Below, piece after piece: positions 16,495-25,315 of a stretch of 32,000 nt of DNA (position 1 is the first letter of the stretch; each line of letters starts with the position of its first letter). The stretch is taken from positions 15,886 to 47,885 of the forward strand of contig NZ_AXBA01000011.1 of assembly GCF_000473085.1 (NCBI RefSeq). The letters run 5' to 3'. A program made the position numbers and the translations under genes. Source of the stretch: Azorhizobium doebereinerae UFLA1-100 (GTDB lineage: Bacteria > Pseudomonadota > Alphaproteobacteria > Rhizobiales > Xanthobacteraceae). The notes beneath the pieces were generated by a model that worked only from the letters and a program-made list of their open reading frames with translations, searched no databases and was not told the origin of the DNA.

Positions 16495-18117
16495 ATGTCC
16501 GCTCCTCGTCCCTATAACGACCTCCACGATCATCTGGACGCTCTGCGCGAGAAGGGGCTGCTGGTCACCGTGGACCGGCGGATCGACAAGGACAGCGAGA
16601 TGCACCCCTTGGTGCGCTGGCAGTTCGTCGGCGGCATGGACGAGAAGGACCGCAAGGCCTTCCTGTTCACCAACATCGTGGACGGCAAGGGCCGGCCTTA
16701 CGACATCCCCGTGGTCGTGGGCGCCATGGCGGCCAACCGGGCCGTCTACAGCGTCGGCATGGATTGCGACCTCGACAAGATCCAGGCCAAGTGGGACCAC
16801 GCGATCGCCCATCCCATCGATCCGCTGGTGGTGAACGATGCACCCTGCCATGAGGTGGTCCACGAGGGCGAGGCGGTGAAGGGCGAGGGCAACGGCCTCG
16901 ACCGTCTGCCCATTCCGGTCTCCACCCCCGGCTTCGACAGCGCCCCGACGCTGAGCGCCACCAACGTCATCACCAAGGATCCTCTCACCGGCATCCAGAA
17001 CATGGGCACCTACCGTGCCGCGCTGAAGGCCCCGGATCGCCTGGTGGTGCGCATGGCCACCCGCGTCGGCGGAGCGGGCGGGTACCAGCATTATCTCGCC
17101 CACCAGAAGCGCGGCGACACCGAAATGCCGGTAGCCATCGTGCTCGGCTGCCCGCCCTATGTGGCCTTCATGGGTCCGCAGAAGCTGCCCATCGGCGTGG
17201 ACGAATTCACCGTGGCTGGCGGGCTGGCGGGGGCGCCCATCAATGTGGTGCGGGCACGCACCGTGGACCTGCTGGTGCCGGCCGAGGCCGAGGTGGTGAT
17301 CGAGGGCTATATCGACACCACGCGGGTGGAGCCGGAGGCGCCGTTCGGGGAATCCCATGGCCATATTGCGCTTGAGGAGTTCAACATGCCCATGCGCGTC
17401 ACCGCCATCACCCATCGCCGGGATGCGGTGATCCCCTCCTATATCAGCCAGGTGGCGCCGAGCGAATCCAGCGTCATCAAGCGCGTTGCCTACGAGCCCT
17501 TGTTCCTCGCCCATCTGCGCGACACGCTCTCCATCAAGGGGGTGAAGAAAGTGTCGCTGCACGAACCGCTCACCGGCCTGCTGCGCGTCACCATCATCAC
17601 CCTGGAGCGGGACGTGCCGCGCACCGAGGTGTGGCGCGCGCTCTATGGCGCGGCCTATTTCAAGGGCGACTGCTCGAAGATCTGCATCGCCATCAATGAC
17701 GATATCGACCCGGACAATGGCGACGCGCTGCTGTGGGCCATGGGCTACAGGTCAAACCCCATTCACGATGTGCAGACCCTGGCCCACCGCGGCGCCGGCC
17801 ACGGTCCCAAGCGCGAGAGCGCACAGGAGGAGGATTCCACACTCCTGATCGACGCCACCATGAAGTCTCCCATGCCGCCGCTCGCGCTGCCCAAGCGGGA
17901 GTTCATGGAGAAGGCCAAGACCATCTGGGAGGAACTGGGCCTGCCCGCCTTGCGCCCGCAGGCGCCCTGGTTCGGCTATTCGCTGGGCGATTGGATGCCG
18001 CAGTGGGATGAGGCCGCCGCCCGCGCGGTCGCCGGCGACTATCTGGTGAACGGCCGCAACAGCCTTGCCGCGCAGCAGCCCGGCCTGAAGCCCGAAACCA
18101 AGTTTCGGCCGACCTGA
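16495..18117 (+). CDS. UbiD-family (prFMN-dependent) aromatic acid decarboxylase
   Basis: 540 aa. N-terminus YNDLHDHLDALREKGLLVTVDRRIDKDSEMHPLVRWQF, then NMGTYRA and the EAPFGESHGH catalytic-Glu motif. AGGAGA RBS at 16482-16487. The track ORF from 16342 is over-extended. Confidence 0.92.
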   Translation: MSAPRPYNDLHDHLDALREKGLLVTVDRRIDKDSEMHPLVRWQFVGGMDEKDRKAFLFTNIVDGKGRPYDIPVVVGAMAANRAVYSVGMDCDLDKIQAKWDHAIAHPIDPLVVNDAPCHEVVHEGEAVKGEGNGLDRLPIPVSTPGFDSAPTLSATNVITKDPLTGIQNMGTYRAALKAPDRLVVRMATRVGGAGGYQHYLAHQKRGDTEMPVAIVLGCPPYVAFMGPQKLPIGVDEFTVAGGLAGAPINVVRARTVDLLVPAEAEVVIEGYIDTTRVEPEAPFGESHGHIALEEFNMPMRVTAITHRRDAVIPSYISQVAPSESSVIKRVAYEPLFLAHLRDTLSIKGVKKVSLHEPLTGLLRVTIITLERDVPRTEVWRALYGAAYFKGDCSKICIAINDDIDPDNGDALLWAMGYRSNPIHDVQTLAHRGAGHGPKRESAQEEDSTLLIDATMKSPMPPLALPKREFMEKAKTIWEELGLPALRPQAPWFGYSLGDWMPQWDEAAARAVAGDYLVNGRNSLAAQQPGLKPETKFRPT

Positions 18118-18270
18118 GCGGCCCGGCCGATCGGCGGGGCTGCCCGGCCCGTGCGGGGCAACCGGCTGGTGGGCGCCCCCAGGCCATCGGCGCGCCGACG
18201 CTGTATGTCGCCGGCGGCGCGCACTGCCATCGGTTTCTGAGGAGCGCGCGTCGCCGGTGCGCCGGCCAAC

Positions 18271-19233
18271 TCAGCCGGCGAGTAAGCGCACGGGCGCACC
18301 GGCACGCCAGGCGAGGATGTCTTCGACGCAATCGTCGAAGAACTGGGCATAGGTCGTGTCGGTCACGTAGCCGAGGTGGGGGGTGAGCACCACGTCGTCG
18401 CGCTGCCGCAGGGGGTGGCCGGCGGGAAGCGGCTCCTGATCGAAGACATCGAGGCCCGCGCGCAGGCCGCCGGCATCCAGGCGGGCGATCAATGCCGCCT
18501 CGTCCACCAGCGGGCCACGGGACGTGTTCACGAGGATCGAGCCGGGCTCCAGCCGCGCCAGTTCGGGAGCGCTCACCACGCCTCGTGTCCGGTCGCTCAG
18601 TACCAGGTGGATGGTCACCACGTCGGCGCGATCGAACAGTTCCTCCTTCGCCACCAGTTCGGCGCCTGCGGCAGCGGCGCGGTCGGCGGTGAGGTTCTGG
18701 CTCCAGGCGATCACCGGCATGCCGAAGGCCCGGGCGATGGAAGCCATGCGCGCGCCCATCTTGCCCAAGCCCACCAGGCCGAGCGTGCGGCCTTCCAGCG
18801 TCGTTCCCAGCGTGCGCTGCCATCCGCCGTCTCGAACGTTGCGGTGTTCCTGCGGGATGTGACGGGCGCAGGCGAGGATGAGCCCCCAGGCCAGCTCCGG
18901 GGTGGCAAAGCTGGAATCCCCGCCGCGCGTGTGGCAGATGACGACGCCGCGCGCCTCGGCAGCCGCGAAGTCGATGGAGCGAGTGCGCACACCCGTCACC
19001 ACCATCAGCTTCAGGTTCGGCAGCCTCTCCAGCAACTCCGCCCGAACCGGCATGCGCTCGCGCATCAGGCACAGGACGTCGAACGGAGCCAAGGCCTCTG
19101 CCTGCGCGTCCAGGGTCGGCAGATGCTGGTCGAACACGGTGATTTGGGCATCGGGGCCGAGCCGTTTCCAGTCGGCCATCTTCAGGGCGACGTTCTGGTA
19201 GTCGTCCAGGATGGCGATGCGCAGTGCAGCCAT
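18271..19233 (-). CDS. D-isomer-specific 2-hydroxyacid dehydrogenase family protein (NAD-binding)
   Basis: Rossmann motif GLVGLGKMGARMA and family C-terminal block NTSRGPLVDEAAL...VLTPHLGY. Start set at MAALRIAILDDY (19233). The alternative ATG at 19278 has no RBS. Confidence 0.9.
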   Translation of the reverse strand: MAALRIAILDDYQNVALKMADWKRLGPDAQITVFDQHLPTLDAQAEALAPFDVLCLMRERMPVRAELLERLPNLKLMVVTGVRTRSIDFAAAEARGVVICHTRGGDSSFATPELAWGLILACARHIPQEHRNVRDGGWQRTLGTTLEGRTLGLVGLGKMGARMASIARAFGMPVIAWSQNLTADRAAAAGAELVAKEELFDRADVVTIHLVLSDRTRGVVSAPELARLEPGSILVNTSRGPLVDEAALIARLDAGGLRAGLDVFDQEPLPAGHPLRQRDDVVLTPHLGYVTDTTYAQFFDDCVEDILAWRAGAPVRLLAG

Positions 19234-19335
19234 GGGGGTGATCTCGTCTCTGAAGGGGAAGGAGGCCCAAGACTGCATGTCCGGGCGCCGCCGTACAGCG
19301 CCGATGCGATCACGATAGCGCGCCGTCCACCGGTG

Positions 19336-20073
19336 TCAGGCCGCTTCCAGACCCATCATCGCCCGGCGCAGGTCCTCCGGGTCGATGCTGCCGGCGCTGC
19401 GGTCGATGGTGCGGATGATGCGGCCATGGGACAGCACATAGGCGCGGGCGGCAAGGTCCACCGCCTGGAAGAAGCTCTGCTCCGCCATGAGGATGGTGAG
19501 GTTCTGCTCGGCCTGGAGCGCGCGCACGGCCTCGAACACCTGGGCCACGACGATGGGCGCGAGGCCCACCGAGGGCTCGTCGATGACGACGAGGCGCGGC
19601 GAGGTCATCAGCGCGCGGGCGATGGCGAGGAGCTGCTGCTGCCCTCCGCTCATGGTGGAGGCCCGCTGGGTCCTGCGCTCCCGCAGCAGGGGGAAGGTCG
19701 CGTAGCAGAATGCAAGATTGCGCGCGAGGTCGTTGCGGGCGCGCGGGCAACTGCCCGCGAGCACGAGGTTCTCCTCCACCGTGAGGTTGGGCACCAGCCG
19801 GCGGCCCTCCGGCACCAGGGCGATGCCCTCGTTGACGATGCGGTGGGGCGGCAGCTTCGTGAGATCGACGGTGCGGCCGTCCCACTCCAGCAGAATGCGC
19901 CCGCGCGTGGGTTTGACGAAGCCGAGGATGGCGTGGAGCAAAGTGCTCTTGCCATTGCCGTTGGTGCCCAGCAGCGCCACGAACTCGCTTTCGTTCAGCT
20001 CCAGCGAGACGTCGTGCAGCACGGCCACCGCGCCATAGCCGGCGCTGAGGTTTTCAATGACGAGCCTGTTCAC
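19336..20073 (-). CDS. Branched-chain-amino-acid-type (HAAT family) ABC transporter ATP-binding protein, LivF-like
   Basis: Walker A GTNGNGKSTL, signature MSGGQQQLLAIARAL, Walker B VVIDEPSVGLAP. The start is uncertain. GTG 20073 gives the usual short N-terminus (VNRLVIENLSAGYG). The ATGs at 20103 and 20115 would overlap the livG-like gene more deeply. Confidence 0.88.
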   Translation of the reverse strand: MNRLVIENLSAGYGAVAVLHDVSLELNESEFVALLGTNGNGKSTLLHAILGFVKPTRGRILLEWDGRTVDLTKLPPHRIVNEGIALVPEGRRLVPNLTVEENLVLAGSCPRARNDLARNLAFCYATFPLLRERRTQRASTMSGGQQQLLAIARALMTSPRLVVIDEPSVGLAPIVVAQVFEAVRALQAEQNLTILMAEQSFFQAVDLAARAYVLSHGRIIRTIDRSAGSIDPEDLRRAMMGLEAA

Positions 20074-20779
20074 CGAAATAGACCTTCTGAACGAGCGGAT
20101 CATTGGCGATGGCATCCGGCAGGCCGTCGGCGATGAGCCGACCGGTCTCCAGGCAGATGATGCGGTGGGAGAAGCGCATCACCGCATGCATGATGTGCTC
20201 GATCATGATGACGGCGACGCCGCTCTCGTTGAGGCGTTCGAGGATGGCGAGCACGTCGTCGATCTCGCGGTCCGACAGGCCCGCCATGGCCTCGTCCGCG
20301 ATCAGCACTTTGGGCCGCCCCGCCAGCGCCCGCGCCAGCTCCAGCTTGCGCAGTTCGAGTTGGGTGAGGCCGCCGGCCTCATGGCCGGCGCGCCCGGCAA
20401 GGCCCACGGAGGCCAGAACCTCCATAGCGCGGGCGCGCGGATCGGCCACATCATGGAGATGATCGAGGGGCACCAGGAGGTTCTCCAGCACGCTCATGCC
20501 GGTGAATGGCTTGGGGATCTGGAAGCTGCGCGCCAGCCCCATGCGGGCACGCCGGTGCGGTGCAAGGTCGGTGACCTTGCGGCCGAGGAACCAGACCTCG
20601 CCCGCGCTCGGCGTGAGGGTGCCGGTGAGGCAGTTGATGAGGGTCGTCTTGCCCGACCCATTGGGCCCGATCACTCCGAGCCGCTCGCCGGCTTTGAGTG
20701 AAACCGAGATGGGGCCGAGCGCCCTCAGCGCCCCGAAGCTCTTCTCAACATTCTCGACCAAGAGGATGGGATCGCTCAC
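20054..20779 (-). CDS. HAAT-family ABC transporter ATP-binding protein, LivG-like
   Basis: VSDPILLVENVEKSFGALRAL, Walker A GPNGSGKTT, Walker B LIADEAMAGLS. GTG start in a GTGA overlap with the upstream permease stop. The 636-aa track ORF is an artefactual extension. Confidence 0.9.
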   Translation of the reverse strand: MSDPILLVENVEKSFGALRALGPISVSLKAGERLGVIGPNGSGKTTLINCLTGTLTPSAGEVWFLGRKVTDLAPHRRARMGLARSFQIPKPFTGMSVLENLLVPLDHLHDVADPRARAMEVLASVGLAGRAGHEAGGLTQLELRKLELARALAGRPKVLIADEAMAGLSDREIDDVLAILERLNESGVAVIMIEHIMHAVMRFSHRIICLETGRLIADGLPDAIANDPLVQKVYFGEQARH

Positions 20780-21780
20780 TGCCGGCCCTTTCTCAGCGTG
20801 TCGACGAGGCCGAGGATGCCGTCCGGCGCGGCGGCGACGAAGCCGATGAGGACGACGCCGACCAGCAGAATGTTGAGTTCCGAGGAAATGGTGATGGTGG
20901 CGGCCTGCTGCACCGAGCCCAGCAGCACGGCCCCGATGATCGGCCCCGGCCAGGATTTTTTGCCCCCGATCAGCGGCATGGCGATGGCGTTGAGGGCGAG
21001 GGCAAGGCCGAACACCGTCTCCGGCTCGATGAAGGAGGCATAGAAGACCAGCGGCGCGCCGGTCATGGCCAGGATCGCGCCCGATATGGCGCAGGCGGAG
21101 AGCTTGAGCCTGAACGTGGGCACGCCCGCGCACTCGGCGGCCTCCTCGGAAGCCCGCAGCGCGCGGAAGCCCCGGCCCACCCAGGAGATCTCGATCCAGC
21201 GGGCGCAGGCCACCGCCAGCACGGCGATGCCCAGCATTACCAGGAACACGAACTGCACCTGCCCGCCGGTCCAGGCGGGCGGCTCGGGCGGCATCAGGGC
21301 AAGGCCACTGGCCCCGCCGAGATAATCGATGTTCAGCACCAGCGTGTGCATCATCACCACCAGCGCGATGGTGGCGATGGCGAAATAGACGCCCTGCACG
21401 CGCAGCGTCATGTAACCCATGAGCAGGCCGAGCCCGCCGCCCACCAGCGCCGCCGCCGGCAGGCAGAGGAAGATGGAGGCGCCATATGCCTTCAGCAGGA
21501 AGGCCCCTGTATAGGCGCCGGCGCCATAGAAGGCGGTGGCGCCGAAATTGATGTAGCCGGCATAGCCGCCCAGCACGTTCCAGCCCGTGGCGAGGGCCAC
21601 CTGCTGCACGATGATGAAGGCGGCGAAGAACACGTAGGGGTTGGCGATGGTCTGCGTCAGGACGGCGCCCAGGGCGAGCACTGCGAGAGCGCAGGCGCAG
21701 AACACCAGGGTGCGGGCCTCCGGTGCCCGCGCGGCGGCGGGCGGGGGAGCGGCGGTCATCAGGGAGGTCTTCGCGGTCAT
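20776..21780 (-). CDS. HAAT-family ABC transporter permease, LivM-like
   Basis: 334-aa polytopic membrane protein. ATGA overlap with the LivH-like stop. Confidence 0.9.
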   Translation of the reverse strand: MTAKTSLMTAAPPPAAARAPEARTLVFCACALAVLALGAVLTQTIANPYVFFAAFIIVQQVALATGWNVLGGYAGYINFGATAFYGAGAYTGAFLLKAYGASIFLCLPAAALVGGGLGLLMGYMTLRVQGVYFAIATIALVVMMHTLVLNIDYLGGASGLALMPPEPPAWTGGQVQFVFLVMLGIAVLAVACARWIEISWVGRGFRALRASEEAAECAGVPTFRLKLSACAISGAILAMTGAPLVFYASFIEPETVFGLALALNAIAMPLIGGKKSWPGPIIGAVLLGSVQQAATITISSELNILLVGVVLIGFVAAAPDGILGLVDTLRKGRQ

Positions 21781-22652
21781 CGGTGCGCTCCGAACAGGCC
21801 CTCGGGGCGCAGCGCCAGGGTGGCGAGCAGGATGGAGAAGGCGACCGCCGGTGCCCAGGACGGGCTAGCGAAAGCGGAGACCATGGATTCCGACACGCCG
21901 ATGAGGATGCCGGCGGCGATGGTGCCGGGCAGTGAGCCCATGCCCGCCAGCACCACCACCGCAAATGTGCGGCCGATCATCAGCCGCCCGCCGAACGGGT
22001 CCACGGGGCCGATGATGATGAGCGCGGCGCCGGCGACGACGGCGGTGGCCGCGGCGATGCCGAAGGCGTGGCGCTTGATCCAGCGCGGGTCGATGCCGCT
22101 CACCGACAGAGCGCGCTCGTCATGGGCCACCGCGCGGATGGCGATGCCCGCGTGGGTAAAGCGCAGGTAGAGCCAGAGCAGGAGGATCATGACCGGCGCC
22201 AGCAGCGCCGGCACCAGCAGCCGGTAGGGCAGGGACAGGAGGCCGATGGTCAGGCTCTGGCCCACATAGGCGACGCTGACCGATTGCTGGTTGGTGCCGA
22301 ACTTGATGAGCAGCGCCGTCTCCACCACGAGCGAGACGCCGAAGAACAAGGTGAGGGCATTCATGGTGTCGGCGGCGCCGCGCCGCTCGAACAGGCGAGC
22401 ATAGAATTCGTAGAAGCCAAGGCCGGCCACATAGAAGGGCACGAGGGCGACCAGCGCCACCAGCAGCGGATCGAAGCCACAGGAATTGCCCACGGCCACC
22501 ACATAGGCGCCGGCCACCACGAAGGCGGGATGGGCGATGTTCGGGATATGCAGCAGGCCGAACGTCACGGCGAGGCCGAGCGCCAGCGCGGCATAGATGC
22601 TGCCGAGCATCACGCCGGTGCCGATGGCGTTGACGAACTGGTCAAGAAACAT
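21777..22652 (-). CDS. HAAT-family ABC transporter permease, LivH-like
   Basis: 291-aa polytopic protein with N-terminus MFLDQFVNAIGTGVMLGSIYAALALGL, typical of LivH. Confidence 0.92.
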   Translation of the reverse strand: MFLDQFVNAIGTGVMLGSIYAALALGLAVTFGLLHIPNIAHPAFVVAGAYVVAVGNSCGFDPLLVALVALVPFYVAGLGFYEFYARLFERRGAADTMNALTLFFGVSLVVETALLIKFGTNQQSVSVAYVGQSLTIGLLSLPYRLLVPALLAPVMILLLWLYLRFTHAGIAIRAVAHDERALSVSGIDPRWIKRHAFGIAAATAVVAGAALIIIGPVDPFGGRLMIGRTFAVVVLAGMGSLPGTIAAGILIGVSESMVSAFASPSWAPAVAFSILLATLALRPEGLFGAHR

Positions 22653-22715
22653 GGTCGGCGCTCCGGCGGGGTGGAGGCGTACCGGCGGCGACCGCCGCCG
22701 GCGCGCGGAGGGCGA

Positions 22716-23984
22716 TCACGCGCCGCGCGCTTTGAGGAACGGCTGCGCCAGCTCGCCCGACTTCAGCGCCGGCGGATCGAGGATCACCTGCCGTCCCGCC
22801 TGTCGGAACTGCTCGATGTCATTGCCCTTGATGCCCTGGAACTGCGTCATCAGCACCCGCCGCTCGGTCCAGTCCCCCAGTTCGTTGAAGGTGGCGGTTC
22901 CGACCAGGGTCTTGACCGGATTGGCATGCAGCCAGGTCGCCATGGCCGCGCTTTCGGTGGAGCCGGTGGCCGTCACCGCGGCGGCGATCAGCTGACCCGC
23001 CACATAATAGAAGGGCGGGATGTAATAGCCGAGCGCGTCGAGCTTCTCCGGCACGGCGATGGCGGTGTAGCGGTCGAGGAAGCTGGTCACCGCCGGGGTG
23101 ACCATGGTGGGCTCCGGCACGAACAGGTTGAAGTTGACGATGCCGTTGAGCGAAGAGCCCAGCGCCTGGAGGGTCGCCGCATATTGCGGGCCCACCATGG
23201 CGCCGCCGAACAGCTTGACACTGTCGCCGATGCCCACTTCCGACAGGCCGCGGATCAGCGCGCTGCTGTCTGGCGGATAAGAGCAGACGAACACCGCGTC
23301 CGGCGTGGCGCCGCGCAGGTTCCGCAGGATGGCGGAAAAGTCGGAGGTGTTGGGCGGATAGCTCTGCTCGAACACCACCTCCTGCCCCAGTTCCTTCGCC
23401 GCCGTCTTGCCGCCGGCGGCAGAGACCTTGGCGAACTCCACGTCGGCGTTCAGCACCGCGATGCGCTTGCACCCCGCCGCCTTGCCCACCTCGAAGAAGC
23501 CGCGCGCCCAGTTCACCTTGGCGTCCGGCCCCCAGGGGGCGCTGTGGAAATAGCGGTCGCTCTTCACCCCGTCATTGCCGGCGAGGGCGAACATGCCGGC
23601 CATGAAGCGGCCGCGCTGCTTGATGAAGGGCATCACCGGGGCAGACAGCACCGCGCCATAAGGCGAGACGAGGATGTCCACCTTGTCGATGTCCACCAGC
23701 TTCGAATAGATGCTGGGGATCTGCGCCACAGTGCTCTGGTCGTCATAGGTGACCAGCTCCACCTGGCGGCCCAGCAGGCCACCGGCGGCGTTCACGTCAT
23801 CGCGCCAGAGCTGGAGGCCGACGAGCCCCGCCTTGGTGGAGGACAAGGGGCCGGTCATGGAAAAGCTGGCGCCGATGCGGATCGGCCGGTTCTGCGCGCG
23901 TCCCGTGGTCCACACGGCGGGCGCGGCCAAGGCGAGGCCGGTGGCGGCGGCGAGTTTGCCGAGGCGCCTGCGGGAAATGGTCAT
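22716..23984 (-). CDS. HAAT-family (LivK/Peripla_BP_6-type) substrate-binding protein with a twin-arginine-like signal
   Basis: MTISRRRLGKLAAATGLALAAPAVWTTGRAQ, then IRIGASFSMTGPLSSTKAG, typical of Leu/Ile/Val-binding-fold SBPs. GGGGAGGA RBS before ATG 23984. The track start at 24008 is rejected. Confidence 0.9.
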   Translation of the reverse strand: MTISRRRLGKLAAATGLALAAPAVWTTGRAQNRPIRIGASFSMTGPLSSTKAGLVGLQLWRDDVNAAGGLLGRQVELVTYDDQSTVAQIPSIYSKLVDIDKVDILVSPYGAVLSAPVMPFIKQRGRFMAGMFALAGNDGVKSDRYFHSAPWGPDAKVNWARGFFEVGKAAGCKRIAVLNADVEFAKVSAAGGKTAAKELGQEVVFEQSYPPNTSDFSAILRNLRGATPDAVFVCSYPPDSSALIRGLSEVGIGDSVKLFGGAMVGPQYAATLQALGSSLNGIVNFNLFVPEPTMVTPAVTSFLDRYTAIAVPEKLDALGYYIPPFYYVAGQLIAAAVTATGSTESAAMATWLHANPVKTLVGTATFNELGDWTERRVLMTQFQGIKGNDIEQFRQAGRQVILDPPALKSGELAQPFLKARGA

Positions 23985-24051
23985 GATGTCCTCCCCAATC
24001 CATGTCAACGAGGCGCTGTTCCCGCGCCATTGCCGCCGGTCGCGCCGCTGG

Positions 24052-24417
24052 TCAGAGCGCGACCGAGGGATAATCCTTGCCGTTCCAATGCTGGAGTCTG
24101 GCGGCGAACTCCCGCTGGAAGGCGAGGGGACCGCTCCGGTGCATGTAGTCTTCGTCGTACAAGGCGATGAAGATGGTCAGTGACAGGAAGAAATGGGCGC
24201 CCATTTCGAACAGCGCCACATAGTCGTGCGCGATGAGCGCTTCGCGCTCAGCCTCGGTGAAGCCGGTGACGGAGGTCCGCTCGGTCTCATTGAGGCGGGG
24301 GCCTATGGACTGTTCCCAGGTGGTCACGAAGGACCGTGGGTCCTCCTTGTAGCGCTGGAGGTAGTTCGGATTTCCATCCACGGTGTAGAGGAACTTGTTC
24401 ACATAATACTTGCTCAT
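24052..24417 (-). CDS. LigA-type small (alpha) subunit of a class III extradiol ring-cleavage dioxygenase
   Basis: 121 aa. The pattern YYVNKFLYTV...RYKEDPRSF...FTEAEREALIAHDYVALFEMGAHFF parallels the LigA consensus (YNLNQF...RF..D...Y...LT..E..A...RDY..M...G). Its start overlaps the stop of the LigB-like gene. Confidence 0.8.
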   Translation of the reverse strand: MSKYYVNKFLYTVDGNPNYLQRYKEDPRSFVTTWEQSIGPRLNETERTSVTGFTEAEREALIAHDYVALFEMGAHFFLSLTIFIALYDEDYMHRSGPLAFQREFAARLQHWNGKDYPSVAL

Positions 24418-25274
24418 GCGCGTCCCTCCTCCGGATACCAGGTCAGATAGGCTTCACGGGTGTGGTAGAGGTCGAGGCTGTCCACATAGGCGGCCTTCTG
24501 CGGCCCGGCGATGCCCATCATCAGGATGAGGTCCATGAAGCCGTGGGTGGCGTTGCCCGCCTTGGTCATGCTCTCATGGGTCACGTTCTCCAGGATCGCC
24601 TCGATGTTGCCGGTGGAGAGCCATTCGATGGCCTGGAGGTCGAACTCCGGGTCCGGGCCGTGCTCGCCGAACTGGCGCGGCCCGCCAAGCTCCAGCGACA
24701 GATGGCCCGAGCCCACGGCGGCGATGCGCTGGTCGGAGGGATAGGCGTCGATGACTTCGCGGATCGCCCGCCCGAGGTCCCAGAAGCGCCGGGGCGATGG
24801 CAGCGGCGGCGCGAAGATGTTGGTGTAGATGGGCACCACCGGCAAGTCCGCCTGCGGGCGGGTGGTGATGATCGGGCAGATGATGGAATGGTCGATCTTC
24901 AGCTCGTGGCTGAAGGAGAAATCGAAGCCCCGATCCAGAAGCCCCTGGTGCATGAAGCGCGAGAGATCCTCGTGCCCTTCCAGCACGTATTTCGGCAGGC
25001 CGAACTCGCGCTCCTCATTGTAGAAGGTGGCGTCGTAGCGGGGCGCCTTGCCAATGAGGAAGGTGGGGTAATTGTCCAGGAAGAATTGATGAAAGTGGTC
25101 CGCGCCGACCATTACCAGGATGTCGGGGGCGGCGCGCGTGAGGGTCTCGCGGTAGGCTTCCACCTTGCGCTTCCATTCCGCCGCCTGGGGGATCTGCTCC
25201 TCCACGGGGGCGGTGGTCGCCTTCAGGTAGAAGGGGTGATGGGTGGTGGCCAGTACGGCCGCCAGAGTCGCCAT
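24414..25274 (-). CDS. LigB-type catalytic (beta) subunit of a class III extradiol dioxygenase
   Basis: 286 aa. TTHHPFY, VMVGADHFHQFFLDNYPTFLIG, KIDHSIICP and AVGSGHLSLEL blocks of the LigB family. GGGGAGGA RBS before ATG 25274. The 578-aa track ORF is over-extended. Confidence 0.9.
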   Translation of the reverse strand: MATLAAVLATTHHPFYLKATTAPVEEQIPQAAEWKRKVEAYRETLTRAAPDILVMVGADHFHQFFLDNYPTFLIGKAPRYDATFYNEEREFGLPKYVLEGHEDLSRFMHQGLLDRGFDFSFSHELKIDHSIICPIITTRPQADLPVVPIYTNIFAPPLPSPRRFWDLGRAIREVIDAYPSDQRIAAVGSGHLSLELGGPRQFGEHGPDPEFDLQAIEWLSTGNIEAILENVTHESMTKAGNATHGFMDLILMMGIAGPQKAAYVDSLDLYHTREAYLTWYPEEGRA

Positions 25275-25315
25275 AATTTCCTCCCCGATGCGTTCTTGCT
25301 TGGCTGTTCTTGTGG

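Noticed and set aside
18118-18270. Convergent junction of the two operons: near-perfect 20-bp palindrome GCCCGGCCGATCGGCGGGGC (18121-18140) and an 8-bp stem GCGCGCCG...CGGCGCGC further on, considered as bidirectional terminators
   Set aside because: There are no U-tracts on either strand, and GC-rich palindromes of this size are frequent by chance at this composition. These are plausible but unsupported without folding-energy calculation or 3'-end mapping.
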